From the NCBI GenBank assembly GCA_038850615.1, contig JAWCLR010000006.1, forward strand, positions 1 to 49,474: a stretch of DNA of 49,474 bases, read 5' to 3'. The notes beneath the pieces are model-generated. The model saw nothing but the letters and a program-made list of their open reading frames with translations. It was not told where the DNA came from and ran no database searches. Of this stretch, positions 9,856 to 18,076 are shown one piece after another. The stretch's first letter is position 1; every line of letters starts with the position of its first letter. The translations under genes and the position numbers were made by a program. The stretch is from Candidatus Woesearchaeota archaeon. Its GTDB lineage: Archaea; Nanobdellota; Nanobdellia; Woesearchaeales; ARS49.

Positions 9856-12303
9856 CTAGAAAAACCTATCCAGCGCGCTTTGCGCTTTTTCAGCAAAATA
9901 ATCTGCTATCTTTATTCCGAACACGTCAAATATTCTTTCAACGCCTGGCAGGAGCTGGTTGTTCACGTAATAATCAGCGTCGTATTCATCCTGTTTTGCT
10001 TCTTCTGGCAGTTTTACCTTGTCGCGGATTCTTCCTTTTCCTTTTATTACCACATAGCGGATTGGTATTCCAGGACCGACTTGCTGTCCTAATGCCTGCA
10101 TTCTTTGTGCTGCTGCAACGTGCGGTCCTGCGCTTTCGTACTCGGAAATGTCCTTGCTCAATGCAGTGTGAATCACCACGTCATTCAGTGGGATTTTGTT
10201 TTGCTTGAGGTCATCAACAATTTTTTTCAGGTATTCAAGCGCTAAATCAGGCTTTTTTGCTGACAACAATAATTCAAGGACTTTTTTTTGTGCCTGTCTT
10301 GCTATTGGGCTCCAGTTTCTTCTGACTGTTTCAAAACCAGCTATCTTTATCTGTCCTTTCTGGTTGATTAAGGCGTATTTTTTCTTTGCTCCTGCCTCGC
10401 TTGCCTTTACTGCAACAAAGATTCCTGCTGGATAGAAGCCCTCGTACTCAAGTTCCATAGGCTTGGGCAGGGTGTTGTTTATTCTGTCAACAAATGCCTG
10501 CACGTCGTCAGGGTTTTTGTTTTCAAGCCCCAGAAACACTGAATCAGTGTCAGAATACAGGACGGAATAGCCCTCTTTTCTTGCCTTCTCAATGACTCCG
10601 TGGATGTATTGTCTTTCCCATGCTGTTGTGCTTTCTGCGCACTCGATGCAGTACCATCTTGCTGCTGAGAATCCAAGATAGCCGTAGAATGAGTTTGCAA
10701 GGTCTTTCAAGGCCCAGCTTCTTGCGTGCAATAATTGGTCCTTGTCGCCTTTTTTGAGAATTTCCTTTATTCTCGCCCTTCTCGTTATTAGGTCCTCTAT
10801 TATTCCACTCACAAAGCCCTTCCGCTTCTGGCAGTACCAAAATGTGCCCCTTTCTGTCTTGATTTGTGGCGCGTCAGGGCAGCACTTGCAGTTCCGCATT
10901 CCGGGCGAGATGTTGTGCGAGGCGATTATTGTTGGGTAAAGCGAGCGGTAGTCGCATACCGCAATGTTCTCGTACAATCCGGGTTTTGGCTCAAAAACAA
11001 ATGCGCCTTTTATCCTGTCCCTCGCTCTTCTTGCCTGTTCGCGGTAGCTTGGCTTGTTTGGAGCAATCTCGCCAAGAGGGAATGCCTGCCTTATTGCGAA
11101 CCATTCCACCAATTGCGAGAACCCCATCCTGTTTATGTCATAAGGCAGTTGGCCGACTATTTTCACCATTTCAATCAAGTTTGGCATTGTCAATTGTGCA
11201 AGTTCGTAAGTGAGTTCTGCATCCTGCAGATTGTATGCCGCAAATTCCTTGAGCATTGCTGAATTGTTGCTGTCCCATGCCGTGGCAAGCTTGTCTATGT
11301 CAGCAGGGTGCTTTCCCTTGCCGAGCAATTCTGCCGCTACAGCGTCAAGGGTGAAGATGTCTGTTTCCATTACTTTAACAAGCAGTTTCTTGACAATCCT
11401 GAGGATGTCTATGTGTGCAATGCCTGTTATTCTTGCGCTTGTGTTTGTCCTTCCTTCAATCCTGAGTTCTGAATAATCCAAGCCCAGTGCAAGGGGAATC
11501 TTGTTTTTTGTCGCCCTTGCCCTGATGTACGGGAAGTCAAAGCCGTCTGAATAATAGCCTGCAATCAGGTCTGGCTTGTACTCGTTAACGAGTTCAACGA
11601 ACCTGTCAAGCATGTCTGCTTCTGAAGGCAAAAACTCAATATGGCTTTCTGCATTCTCAATTCTTTTCCACGTCAGGACCTTTTTGAAGTTTTCGCCGAA
11701 AAGTGCAAGCATTAGTATTGGGTGCTTGTCGGCAGAAACCGTCTTTCCCTCGGGATTGTATGTTTCAATGTCAACAGCAAGGACTTTTGGTTTTGAGAGT
11801 GTTGTTTCAGCCACCTGCGTGATTTTAGACGCCTTTATTGCAGGCACGCGGAGTTTTTCCATTGCAGGCTCGCCTTCCACACTCACAAGAGTCAAAGGCG
11901 TTATGCCCTTGTCAATGAGATATCGTCTTACAAAAGGGATGTCGTATTCGTGTGTTGATTCCACCTTGGGCATTGCTCTTACAGAGTCCTTGAGTTCAGC
12001 AACTGCTTTTGGGATGTTGACAAAAACCTTCAATGCATTCACTGGGTGCTCAAGATATTTTTTTTCAACCGCCTCGATTTTTGTGACAGAATACGTCTCG
12101 CCAAGGCGCTCTGTTTTCAGTTTTAGGAGTTCTGCTGATGGGTCCTCCCCCTTTTTCGGGATTACATAAAAATAAGGCTCAAAATTCGCATCAATAACGC
12201 ATATTTGTTCTCCTGTTATTGTCCTGCCGAACAAATAAACATGTGGCTTGCCGTTAACCACCTTGTACGTCGCGTCTACAGGATAGAACTGCACAGCAAC
12301 CAT
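9856..12303 (-). CDS. polB: Family B DNA polymerase
   Basis: Exo I motif LAVDIETYN, motif A DYRSLYPTIIASHNISP and motif C LYSDTDSVF are all present. At 815 aa with contiguous motifs, there is no intein. Confidence 0.95.
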   Translation of the reverse strand: MVAVQFYPVDATYKVVNGKPHVYLFGRTITGEQICVIDANFEPYFYVIPKKGEDPSAELLKLKTERLGETYSVTKIEAVEKKYLEHPVNALKVFVNIPKAVAELKDSVRAMPKVESTHEYDIPFVRRYLIDKGITPLTLVSVEGEPAMEKLRVPAIKASKITQVAETTLSKPKVLAVDIETYNPEGKTVSADKHPILMLALFGENFKKVLTWKRIENAESHIEFLPSEADMLDRFVELVNEYKPDLIAGYYSDGFDFPYIRARATKNKIPLALGLDYSELRIEGRTNTSARITGIAHIDILRIVKKLLVKVMETDIFTLDAVAAELLGKGKHPADIDKLATAWDSNNSAMLKEFAAYNLQDAELTYELAQLTMPNLIEMVKIVGQLPYDINRMGFSQLVEWFAIRQAFPLGEIAPNKPSYREQARRARDRIKGAFVFEPKPGLYENIAVCDYRSLYPTIIASHNISPGMRNCKCCPDAPQIKTERGTFWYCQKRKGFVSGIIEDLITRRARIKEILKKGDKDQLLHARSWALKDLANSFYGYLGFSAARWYCIECAESTTAWERQYIHGVIEKARKEGYSVLYSDTDSVFLGLENKNPDDVQAFVDRINNTLPKPMELEYEGFYPAGIFVAVKASEAGAKKKYALINQKGQIKIAGFETVRRNWSPIARQAQKKVLELLLSAKKPDLALEYLKKIVDDLKQNKIPLNDVVIHTALSKDISEYESAGPHVAAAQRMQALGQQVGPGIPIRYVVIKGKGRIRDKVKLPEEAKQDEYDADYYVNNQLLPGVERIFDVFGIKIADYFAEKAQSALDRFF

Positions 12304-12325
12304 AAGGTATACGACGAGAAGCGGG

Positions 12326-12333
12326 TTTATAAA
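12326..12333 (-). promoter_or_regulatory. TATA box (TTTATAAA) upstream of polB
   Basis: A palindromic TTTATAAA preceded by purines lies 23 nt from the polB ATG at 12303. The same spacing recurs at many genes in this window. Confidence 0.45.
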
Positions 12334-12352
12334 GGTTTTTCAGAACGCGGCC

Positions 12353-12748
12353 TTACATCTCCTCTGCAAGCCTGCGCACGTAGGCACGCAACTGGTTGAT
12401 GTCACACGGCTTTGAGAGGAAAGGCACACCGAGTTGTTCTGCGTATTCCTTGTTTGAGTGGTTTGCTGAATAAAGCAAAAAGAGAGTGTTAGCATTGGGA
12501 CGCCGCGTCCTGAATTGCAGTATCACTTCTGAACCGTTCATGTATGGCATGTTGAAATCAAGAAGGGCCATTGCAGGCATGCATTGCAAGAGTGCTTCAA
12601 GGGCTGCTGCTCCTGTTGCGGCTTCTATGATTGTTGCGTTGTCAAGCGATTGCTTGATGATTTCCACAACCGCCTCTCGATTTGGGTCGTAGTCCTCTGC
12701 AACAAGCACTGTTAGCGCCTTATGAGTCATAGAACAATTATTTGTCAA
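12353..12748 (-). CDS. Stand-alone response-regulator receiver (CheY-like) domain protein
   Basis: LVAEDYD acidic pocket, LLDFNMPYMNG phospho-acceptor Asp, LYSAN and LSKP Lys motif. No output domain is present. Confidence 0.8.
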   Translation of the reverse strand: MTNNCSMTHKALTVLVAEDYDPNREAVVEIIKQSLDNATIIEAATGAAALEALLQCMPAMALLDFNMPYMNGSEVILQFRTRRPNANTLFLLYSANHSNKEYAEQLGVPFLSKPCDINQLRAYVRRLAEEM

Positions 12749-12754
12749 AAGAAG

Positions 12755-13162
12755 TTATTTCTTTTCCTCTTTCTTTTCTTCCTTTGGTTTGGGTTCTGGC
12801 ATTGGCAGTGGTTGTGCTCCTGCCTTTGTGACTTTCATGTTTATCTGCGCTATTTTTGGGTGTATTGTGTTTCCGCATACTGTCTTCCTGATTCTGATTC
12901 CTTTTGCGATTTTTTTCAGCCCAACCCCTTCTACTGCAAGGATTCTTTTCCTTCCAACACCTTGTATGTCCTTTCTCATTGGGAATCCTGCATAATCGCT
13001 CCCGCCTGTTATCTCGAACTCATATCCTGTGAAGCCGATCGCCTCGCCTGCTATCTTATCGCCGATTTTTTTCCCAAGAAATATGTTTGCGTCTGGATCT
13101 GCAATTTCTTTCTGCAGGCATTTTCCTTCCTTTGTGCCTATAACAACTTTGAAACTAACCAT
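12755..13162 (-). CDS. rps6e: 30S ribosomal protein S6e
   Basis: FKVVIGTKEGKC...GYEFEITGGSDYAGFPMRKDIQGVGRKRIL is the S6e signature. The C-terminal tail is PEPKPKEEKKEEKK. Confidence 0.92.
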   Translation of the reverse strand: MVSFKVVIGTKEGKCLQKEIADPDANIFLGKKIGDKIAGEAIGFTGYEFEITGGSDYAGFPMRKDIQGVGRKRILAVEGVGLKKIAKGIRIRKTVCGNTIHPKIAQINMKVTKAGAQPLPMPEPKPKEEKKEEKK

Positions 13163-13185
13163 GGCGCTGAAAAATCCAGAAGGTG

Positions 13186-13193
13186 TTTATAAA
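13186..13193 (-). promoter_or_regulatory. TATA box upstream of rps6e
   Basis: TTTATAAA lies 24 nt from the ATG at 13162. Confidence 0.45.
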
Positions 13194-13214
13194 TGTTATT
13201 ATTATGCAGAGAAG

Positions 13215-13565
13215 TCAGCCAATCAGCTGCAAACCGCCTGTTATTTTGTCTATTTTTTCCGCCTTGTCAGGACCTATTCCAAGGCAGGTTGTTGTTCCTG
13301 GAGCGAGCTGGGTGTGGCCTGCGTCTGTGATCAGGGCAACAACAAGCCCTGCATCCTCTGCCTTTCTCTTGTAGTCGAGAATCTCATTCAAGTCCTTCAC
13401 CTTGAGAACCGCCTTCTTCATTCCCTGCTCCCGCCATTTGGAAACATCATCCTTGTGCGACTTCAGCAACGCCTCGACCGACGCATGACTGACCTGCGCT
13501 GCCATCTTACCCTTTGCCATCTTCAGGTCCTGCCTTACAAGGATCACCTGCTTGTATTCAGTCAT
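13215..13565 (-). CDS. pth2: Peptidyl-tRNA hydrolase, archaeal type (Pth2)
   Basis: KQVILVRQDLKMAKGKMAAQVSHASVEA and ITDAGHTQLAPGTTTCLGIGP match the PTH2 family. I prefer the ATG at 13565 over the TTG at 13604. Confidence 0.88.
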   Translation of the reverse strand: MTEYKQVILVRQDLKMAKGKMAAQVSHASVEALLKSHKDDVSKWREQGMKKAVLKVKDLNEILDYKRKAEDAGLVVALITDAGHTQLAPGTTTCLGIGPDKAEKIDKITGGLQLIG

Positions 13566-13600
13566 AGGCAAATTTTTTTCAAGGGGGTATAAAAAACTTG

Positions 13601-14092
13601 TCAATACAGAATGCCAATCACAACCCTGTCAATCTGGGAAAACCTCACCGGCTCTGGGTCCGGCTCTGGGTTGTTGTCGCCTTTGGTTATGAAATAAACC
13701 CCTTTCCCATCGGTGCCTGTGCCGATGACGCGGTGGATTATTACCACGCCATCAAGGTTGTAAGAGACGATGTCCCCGATATGTATGTCTTCCGGGAATT
13801 TTGGGACTATTTGAATTGCGTGGCTTCCATGGCTGAGAACTGGAAGCATTGAGCCTGTTGCTGAGAGATTTGCCCAGCGCAGCCCTGCCATGTATATTAT
13901 GGCGCGGTCTGAATACACCTGCACGTTTGACTGTTGCACGCGGTCAAATGGGGCAGGAGTTTCTGTTGATTTGCCTGATAAAGCGTATTCCTCCCTTGGC
14001 TCAACTGCCTTGAACACCACAATTCCTGAGAGTGAGAGCAGGGCTATTGCAAGAACTGATGCAAACAATGCCACCCATTTCATCCCTCCCAC
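13601..14092 (-). CDS. Signal peptidase I, archaeal/Sec11 type (S26 family)
   Basis: N-terminal TM, then SGSMLPVL (catalytic Ser), IIHRVIG (His box) and ITKGDNNPEPD. Confidence 0.85.
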   Translation of the reverse strand: MGGMKWVALFASVLAIALLSLSGIVVFKAVEPREEYALSGKSTETPAPFDRVQQSNVQVYSDRAIIYMAGLRWANLSATGSMLPVLSHGSHAIQIVPKFPEDIHIGDIVSYNLDGVVIIHRVIGTGTDGKGVYFITKGDNNPEPDPEPVRFSQIDRVVIGILY

Positions 14093-14124
14093 AAGAACGA
14101 ATAATTAGGCGGCGGTATTTAAGC

Positions 14125-16020
14125 TTATTTCTTTTCAGCAATTTCCTTTTTCATTCTTTCAAGGAATTCTTCTGGCTTTTTCTCGCCTTCAACCTTGTTG
14201 TCCCTTGTGCGCACGTTTATCGTCTTGTTTTCCTGCTCCTTGGCGCCAACAACAAGTATGTAGTTGACCTTGTCCAGTTCTGCGTTCCTGATTTTCTTGT
14301 TCAATGTTTCAACTGACTCGTCAATTTCTATTCTTATTCCCGCCTTAAAAAACTCTGCATAAACGCTTCTTGCATAATCAAGGAACTTGTCAGACACTGG
14401 CACGATTCTTGCCTGCACCGGCGAAAGCCAGAGTGGAAACTTGCCTGCAAAATGCTCTGTAATCACACCGATGAATCTTTCCAGCGTGCCCAGTATTGCA
14501 CGGTGAATCATCACTGGCGTCTTGAGGGTGTTGTCAGATGCCATGTATTTGAGGTCAAATCTCTGCGGCATTTGGAAGTCAAGCTGTATTGTTGCGCACT
14601 GCCAGTCCCTTCCAAGGGCGTCCTTCACGTCAAAATCAATCTTGGGCCCGTAGAACGCGCCCTCGCCTGGCTTCAGCACATACTTTATTTTTGCATCATC
14701 AAGCGCCTTTTTCAGTGCTTCCTCTGCTTGTTCCCATTGTTTTGGAGAACCCATTGCTTTTTTTGGCTTTGTGCTAAGTTTTGCGTGGTATTCCATCTTG
14801 AAGATGTCGTGATAAATGTACTTGACAAACTCAAGCAGGTTCCTTATTTCTGACTGTATTTGTTCAGGGGTGCAGTAAATGTGTGCATCATCCTGGCTCA
14901 TTTTCCTGACGCGAGTCATTCCGCCAAGCACTCCGCGCAGTTCGTTCCTGTGGATGAAGCAGAAGTCGGCAATTCTTAACGGAAGTTCGCGGTAAGAATG
15001 GTTCTTGAGCAAGTAAATCAGGCAATGCGAGGGGCAGTTCATTGGCTTGAGCGAGAACTCCTCGCCGTCAATCTCCATCACGAACATGTTTTCCTTGAAG
15101 TGCTCCCAGTGGCCGCTCTTTTCCCATAATGCCTTGTTGAACAATTGAGGGGTGATGACCTCTTGATAACCCCTTTTTCGGTATTCTTCCCTTAAGAATT
15201 TCAGTAGTTCGTTGTAAATAATTGTTCCTTTTGGAAGGAGGAATGGGCTTCCAGGGCTCCATTCATGAAATGTGAACAATTCAAGGTCCTTGCCAAGCTT
15301 CCTGTGGTCCCTCTGTTCAAGTTCTTTCAGTAATTCAAGGTGTTTTCGCAGTTGTTCTTCGGTCGGGAATGCAGTGCCGTAAATTCTTGTCAATTGCTTG
15401 TTTTTCTGGTCTCCTTTCCAGAATGCCGAGGCAATCATCATTAGCTTTACCGCTTTCACGTATCCTGTGTCAGGCAGGTGCGGTCCTTCGCAGAGGTCAA
15501 GGAATTCATTGCCAAGCGTGTAGACAGTGAGTTTTTTTCCGGTTTTTGAGAATTCTTCTGCCAATTCCCTCTTGTAAGGGTTGTCAATGAATATCTTGTT
15601 TATTTCCTCAAGAGTCATTTCTTTTCTTTCACAAGGCAGTTTTTTGGCAATTATTTCGCGCATTTTCATCTCTATTTTCTCAAAGTCAGTTGCGGTAATT
15701 TTCAGGTTGTCAAAATCATAATAGAAGCCGTCCTCAACAGCAGGACCTATCGTGTTTAGCGCGTCAGGATACATCTGGTTGATTGCGCATGCAAGGATGT
15801 GTGCTGCAGTGTGCCAGAACACTGCTTTTCCTTCTGCATCATCAAACGTGAGAATCTTTACTTCTGCGTCCTTTTCTATTTTTGAAGAAAGGTCTTTCAG
15901 CTCGCCGTTTACCTTCATTGCGAGGGCATTGCCCTCCAATTTCATTTCCTTTGCAAGTTCTATCCCGGATACAGCCGCGGGATACTGTTTTTTCTTGCCA
16001 TTCACTACGACAGACGGCAT
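14125..16020 (-). CDS. thrS: Threonyl-tRNA synthetase (full length, bacterial-like editing domain)
   Basis: N-terminal TGS-like segment, FWHTAAHILA editing-domain motif, class II core HRNELRGVLGGMTRVRKMSQDDAHIY, and a C-terminal anticodon-binding domain. Confidence 0.95.
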   Translation of the reverse strand: MPSVVVNGKKKQYPAAVSGIELAKEMKLEGNALAMKVNGELKDLSSKIEKDAEVKILTFDDAEGKAVFWHTAAHILACAINQMYPDALNTIGPAVEDGFYYDFDNLKITATDFEKIEMKMREIIAKKLPCERKEMTLEEINKIFIDNPYKRELAEEFSKTGKKLTVYTLGNEFLDLCEGPHLPDTGYVKAVKLMMIASAFWKGDQKNKQLTRIYGTAFPTEEQLRKHLELLKELEQRDHRKLGKDLELFTFHEWSPGSPFLLPKGTIIYNELLKFLREEYRKRGYQEVITPQLFNKALWEKSGHWEHFKENMFVMEIDGEEFSLKPMNCPSHCLIYLLKNHSYRELPLRIADFCFIHRNELRGVLGGMTRVRKMSQDDAHIYCTPEQIQSEIRNLLEFVKYIYHDIFKMEYHAKLSTKPKKAMGSPKQWEQAEEALKKALDDAKIKYVLKPGEGAFYGPKIDFDVKDALGRDWQCATIQLDFQMPQRFDLKYMASDNTLKTPVMIHRAILGTLERFIGVITEHFAGKFPLWLSPVQARIVPVSDKFLDYARSVYAEFFKAGIRIEIDESVETLNKKIRNAELDKVNYILVVGAKEQENKTINVRTRDNKVEGEKKPEEFLERMKKEIAEKK

Positions 16021-16067
16021 AATCAGGGCGTTGAGTCCTGCTATATAAAAAACTAACTATGCCAAAC

Positions 16068-16075
16068 TTTATAAT
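16068..16075 (+). promoter_or_regulatory. TATA-like box upstream of 16099 gene
   Basis: TTTATAAT ends 24 nt before the ATG at 16099. This supports that start over the TTG at 16087. Confidence 0.4.
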
Positions 16076-16098
16076 TAGCACGCAGGTTGCTGTTTTTT

Positions 16099-16572
16099 AT
16101 GGCGATGCAAAAACTTGACAAACTACAATATTCTGATTTGCTAAAAATAAAAACACCTGTTGGCGAGCTTGTGTATGGACCTGGGTTTAATCCCTGTATT
16201 GACTGTTTGAGGTTTCCAACAAAAGAATTGGCTGTGAGGGAAATGCTCATAACGCACGAGGACAGACTTGCTAAGAATTATGCAGGGGTCTTGCTTGTTG
16301 AGGATGGCAACAACAAGAGAGAAGAGGCGTGCTGGTGGGTTGCGCTTAATTCAACTCACAATCACACCCTGTTTGACGGCAAGGTGTACCCGTTCAAGAT
16401 TGCACCAATTCTGCCAAAAAAGCAAGAGGTCCTTGAAGACTGCATTGCAAAAATCGTATTTTCCGAAAGGAGATTTCATTATGACGATTATGTTGATGCA
16501 CAGATAAGGGCGCACATAATGCAGGGGCTCATAAAATACAATCCTCTAATTAACCAGATTCATTCCAGCTGA
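16099..16572 (+). CDS. Hypothetical protein
   Basis: ORF 16087..16572 with the ATG at 16099 (MAMQKLDKL). No motif was recognised. Confidence 0.5.
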   Translation: MAMQKLDKLQYSDLLKIKTPVGELVYGPGFNPCIDCLRFPTKELAVREMLITHEDRLAKNYAGVLLVEDGNNKREEACWWVALNSTHNHTLFDGKVYPFKIAPILPKKQEVLEDCIAKIVFSERRFHYDDYVDAQIRAHIMQGLIKYNPLINQIHSS

Positions 16573-16669
16573 CAGAAACCTTTTTAAACACCCTGCATTC
16601 CCCATTCATTATTCTGGACACTCTTTTACGATGTCCAAAGTAGGCCGCAAGGCCATCTAGAGGGAAATA

Positions 16670-17380
16670 ATGGGCATTTACGAAATTCCAAAGACAGAGC
16701 TCATTGAAAGGGCTGCCAAAGAACTGCAAAAAATTGATGCAATAAAGCCGCCGCAATGGGCATTGTTTGTGAAAACAGGAATGGCAAAGCAGCGCCAGCC
16801 AACAAGGGATGACTGGTGGTTTGTGCGCGCAGCAGCAGTCCTGAGGAGGCTAGCTGATGCTAAAGGCCCGATTGGAGTGCAAAAGCTCCGCACAATCTAC
16901 GGCAGCAGGAAGAATCGCGGTCACGCGCCAGAAAGGTTTTACAAGGGTTCTGGAAACATACTAAGGAAAATCCTGCAGCAGCTGGAAAAGGCAGGATTTG
17001 CAAGAAAAATTGACAAAGGGCTGCACAAGGGCCGTGCAATAACTCCTAAGGGGCTTTCGTTCCTTGGCAAGATTTCTGATGCATACATGAAGGAGAAGAA
17101 CATTGTCCTGCCCAAAAAGCCAGAAACAGAATTGACAATCGTTGAACTTCCAAAGGAAAAGCCGGCAAAAAAACCACGGGCAAGGAAAAAGCAAGCAGCA
17201 CAGGAACAAGCTCCTCTTGCAACACCGCCTGCAGGTGAAGCGCCAATCGCGCCATCTGCAGAAGCGCCAAAGAAAAAGCGCGCTCCAAGAAGGAAAAAGG
17301 AGGAAATTCCTCCAAAGCCTACTCCTGAAGAGGCGCCACAGCAAGCGCAGGCAACTCCCGAAGCGCCAAAAGGTGTGTGA
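16670..17380 (+). CDS. rps19e: 30S ribosomal protein S19e with about 85-aa low-complexity C-terminal extension
   Basis: The first ~150 aa match S19e (PPQWALFVKTGMAKQRQP, DWWFVRAAAVLRRL, GSGNILRKILQQLEKAGF). The remainder is a K/P/A/E/Q-rich tail. Confidence 0.9.
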   Translation: MGIYEIPKTELIERAAKELQKIDAIKPPQWALFVKTGMAKQRQPTRDDWWFVRAAAVLRRLADAKGPIGVQKLRTIYGSRKNRGHAPERFYKGSGNILRKILQQLEKAGFARKIDKGLHKGRAITPKGLSFLGKISDAYMKEKNIVLPKKPETELTIVELPKEKPAKKPRARKKQAAQEQAPLATPPAGEAPIAPSAEAPKKKRAPRRKKEEIPPKPTPEEAPQQAQATPEAPKGV

Positions 17381-17382
17381 AC

Positions 17383-17556
17383 ATGTCAAGATACAAGCAT
17401 CCTGCAAGAAAAAAGCGCCTTGCAAAAAGAATGAGGCAGACAAAATGGGCCCCATTCTGGACAGTGCCAAAAATATACGGGAAGGGCAGAAGGGTTCATC
17501 CTGGAAGGCACACTTTTGTGAAGCGTTCGTGGAGAAGGCAAAAATTGAAGGTATAA
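17383..17556 (+). CDS. rpl39e: 50S ribosomal protein L39e
   Basis: Below the ORF-track cutoff. My translation reads MSRYKHPARKKRLAKRMRQTKWAPFWTVPKIYGKGRRVHPGRHTFVKRSWRRQKLKV, the typical L39e pattern. It is sandwiched between rps19e and rpl31e. Confidence 0.85.
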   Translation: MSRYKHPARKKRLAKRMRQTKWAPFWTVPKIYGKGRRVHPGRHTFVKRSWRRQKLKV

Positions 17557-17557
17557 A

Positions 17558-18043
17558 ATGGCAACAACAGAAAGAACTTACACAATCCCGTTAAGAAAGG
17601 AATGGCTTAAGGCAGTGAAGTACAAGAGAGCCAAAAAGGCAGTTAGGGCAATACGCGAGTTTTTGATGCGCCACATGAAAGTGGACAAGATGGAGAACAT
17701 CAAGATTGGCAAATACCTGAACCTGATATTATGGAGCCACGGCATTAAAAACCCGCCTTCAAGAGTAAAAGTTAGTGTGACAAAGGACGAAAAGGGAATC
17801 GTCAAGGTGGAAATGGTCGGCGCTCCAAAAGAGGAAAAGAAGGAAGAGCCGAAAAAGACTGAAAAGAAGGAAGAAGCGAAGCCTAAAGAGAAGAAAGAGT
17901 CGCTCGCTGAAAAGAAAACAGCGCCTGTTGAGACAAAAACTTCAGCTGCAAAGCCTGTCGCTCCAAACCCCTCAACGCAAAAAAATGTGCCCGCCCCAAA
18001 ACAATCTGCGCAAAAGCAACAGGCAGGGCAGATTATTCGCTAA
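17558..18043 (+). CDS. rpl31e: 50S ribosomal protein L31e with about 70-aa Lys/Glu/Pro-rich C-terminal extension
   Basis: The N-terminal 90 aa (ERTYTIPLRKEWLKAVKYKRAKKAVRAIREFL...NPPSRVKVSV) match L31e. They are followed by the tail PKEEKKEEPKKTEKKEEAKPKEKKE... Confidence 0.9.
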   Translation: MATTERTYTIPLRKEWLKAVKYKRAKKAVRAIREFLMRHMKVDKMENIKIGKYLNLILWSHGIKNPPSRVKVSVTKDEKGIVKVEMVGAPKEEKKEEPKKTEKKEEAKPKEKKESLAEKKTAPVETKTSAAKPVAPNPSTQKNVPAPKQSAQKQQAGQIIR

Positions 18044-18076
18044 TTATTTATACCCCTTTTCTGGTGATGTTCTAAA

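Noticed and set aside
9856-12303. Intein or split arrangement in polB
   Set aside because: At 815 aa, the exonuclease and polymerase motifs are contiguous and in the normal order, with no Cys/Ser-initiated insertion adjacent to motif A or C.
16961-17594. ORFs 16961..17470(-), 17046..17315(-) and 17142..17594(+)
   Set aside because: They are alternative-frame or antisense products of the low-complexity K/P/A/E tail of rps19e and of rpl39e. Their composition (R/L/C/F-rich) is not protein-like, and they overlap confident r-protein genes.
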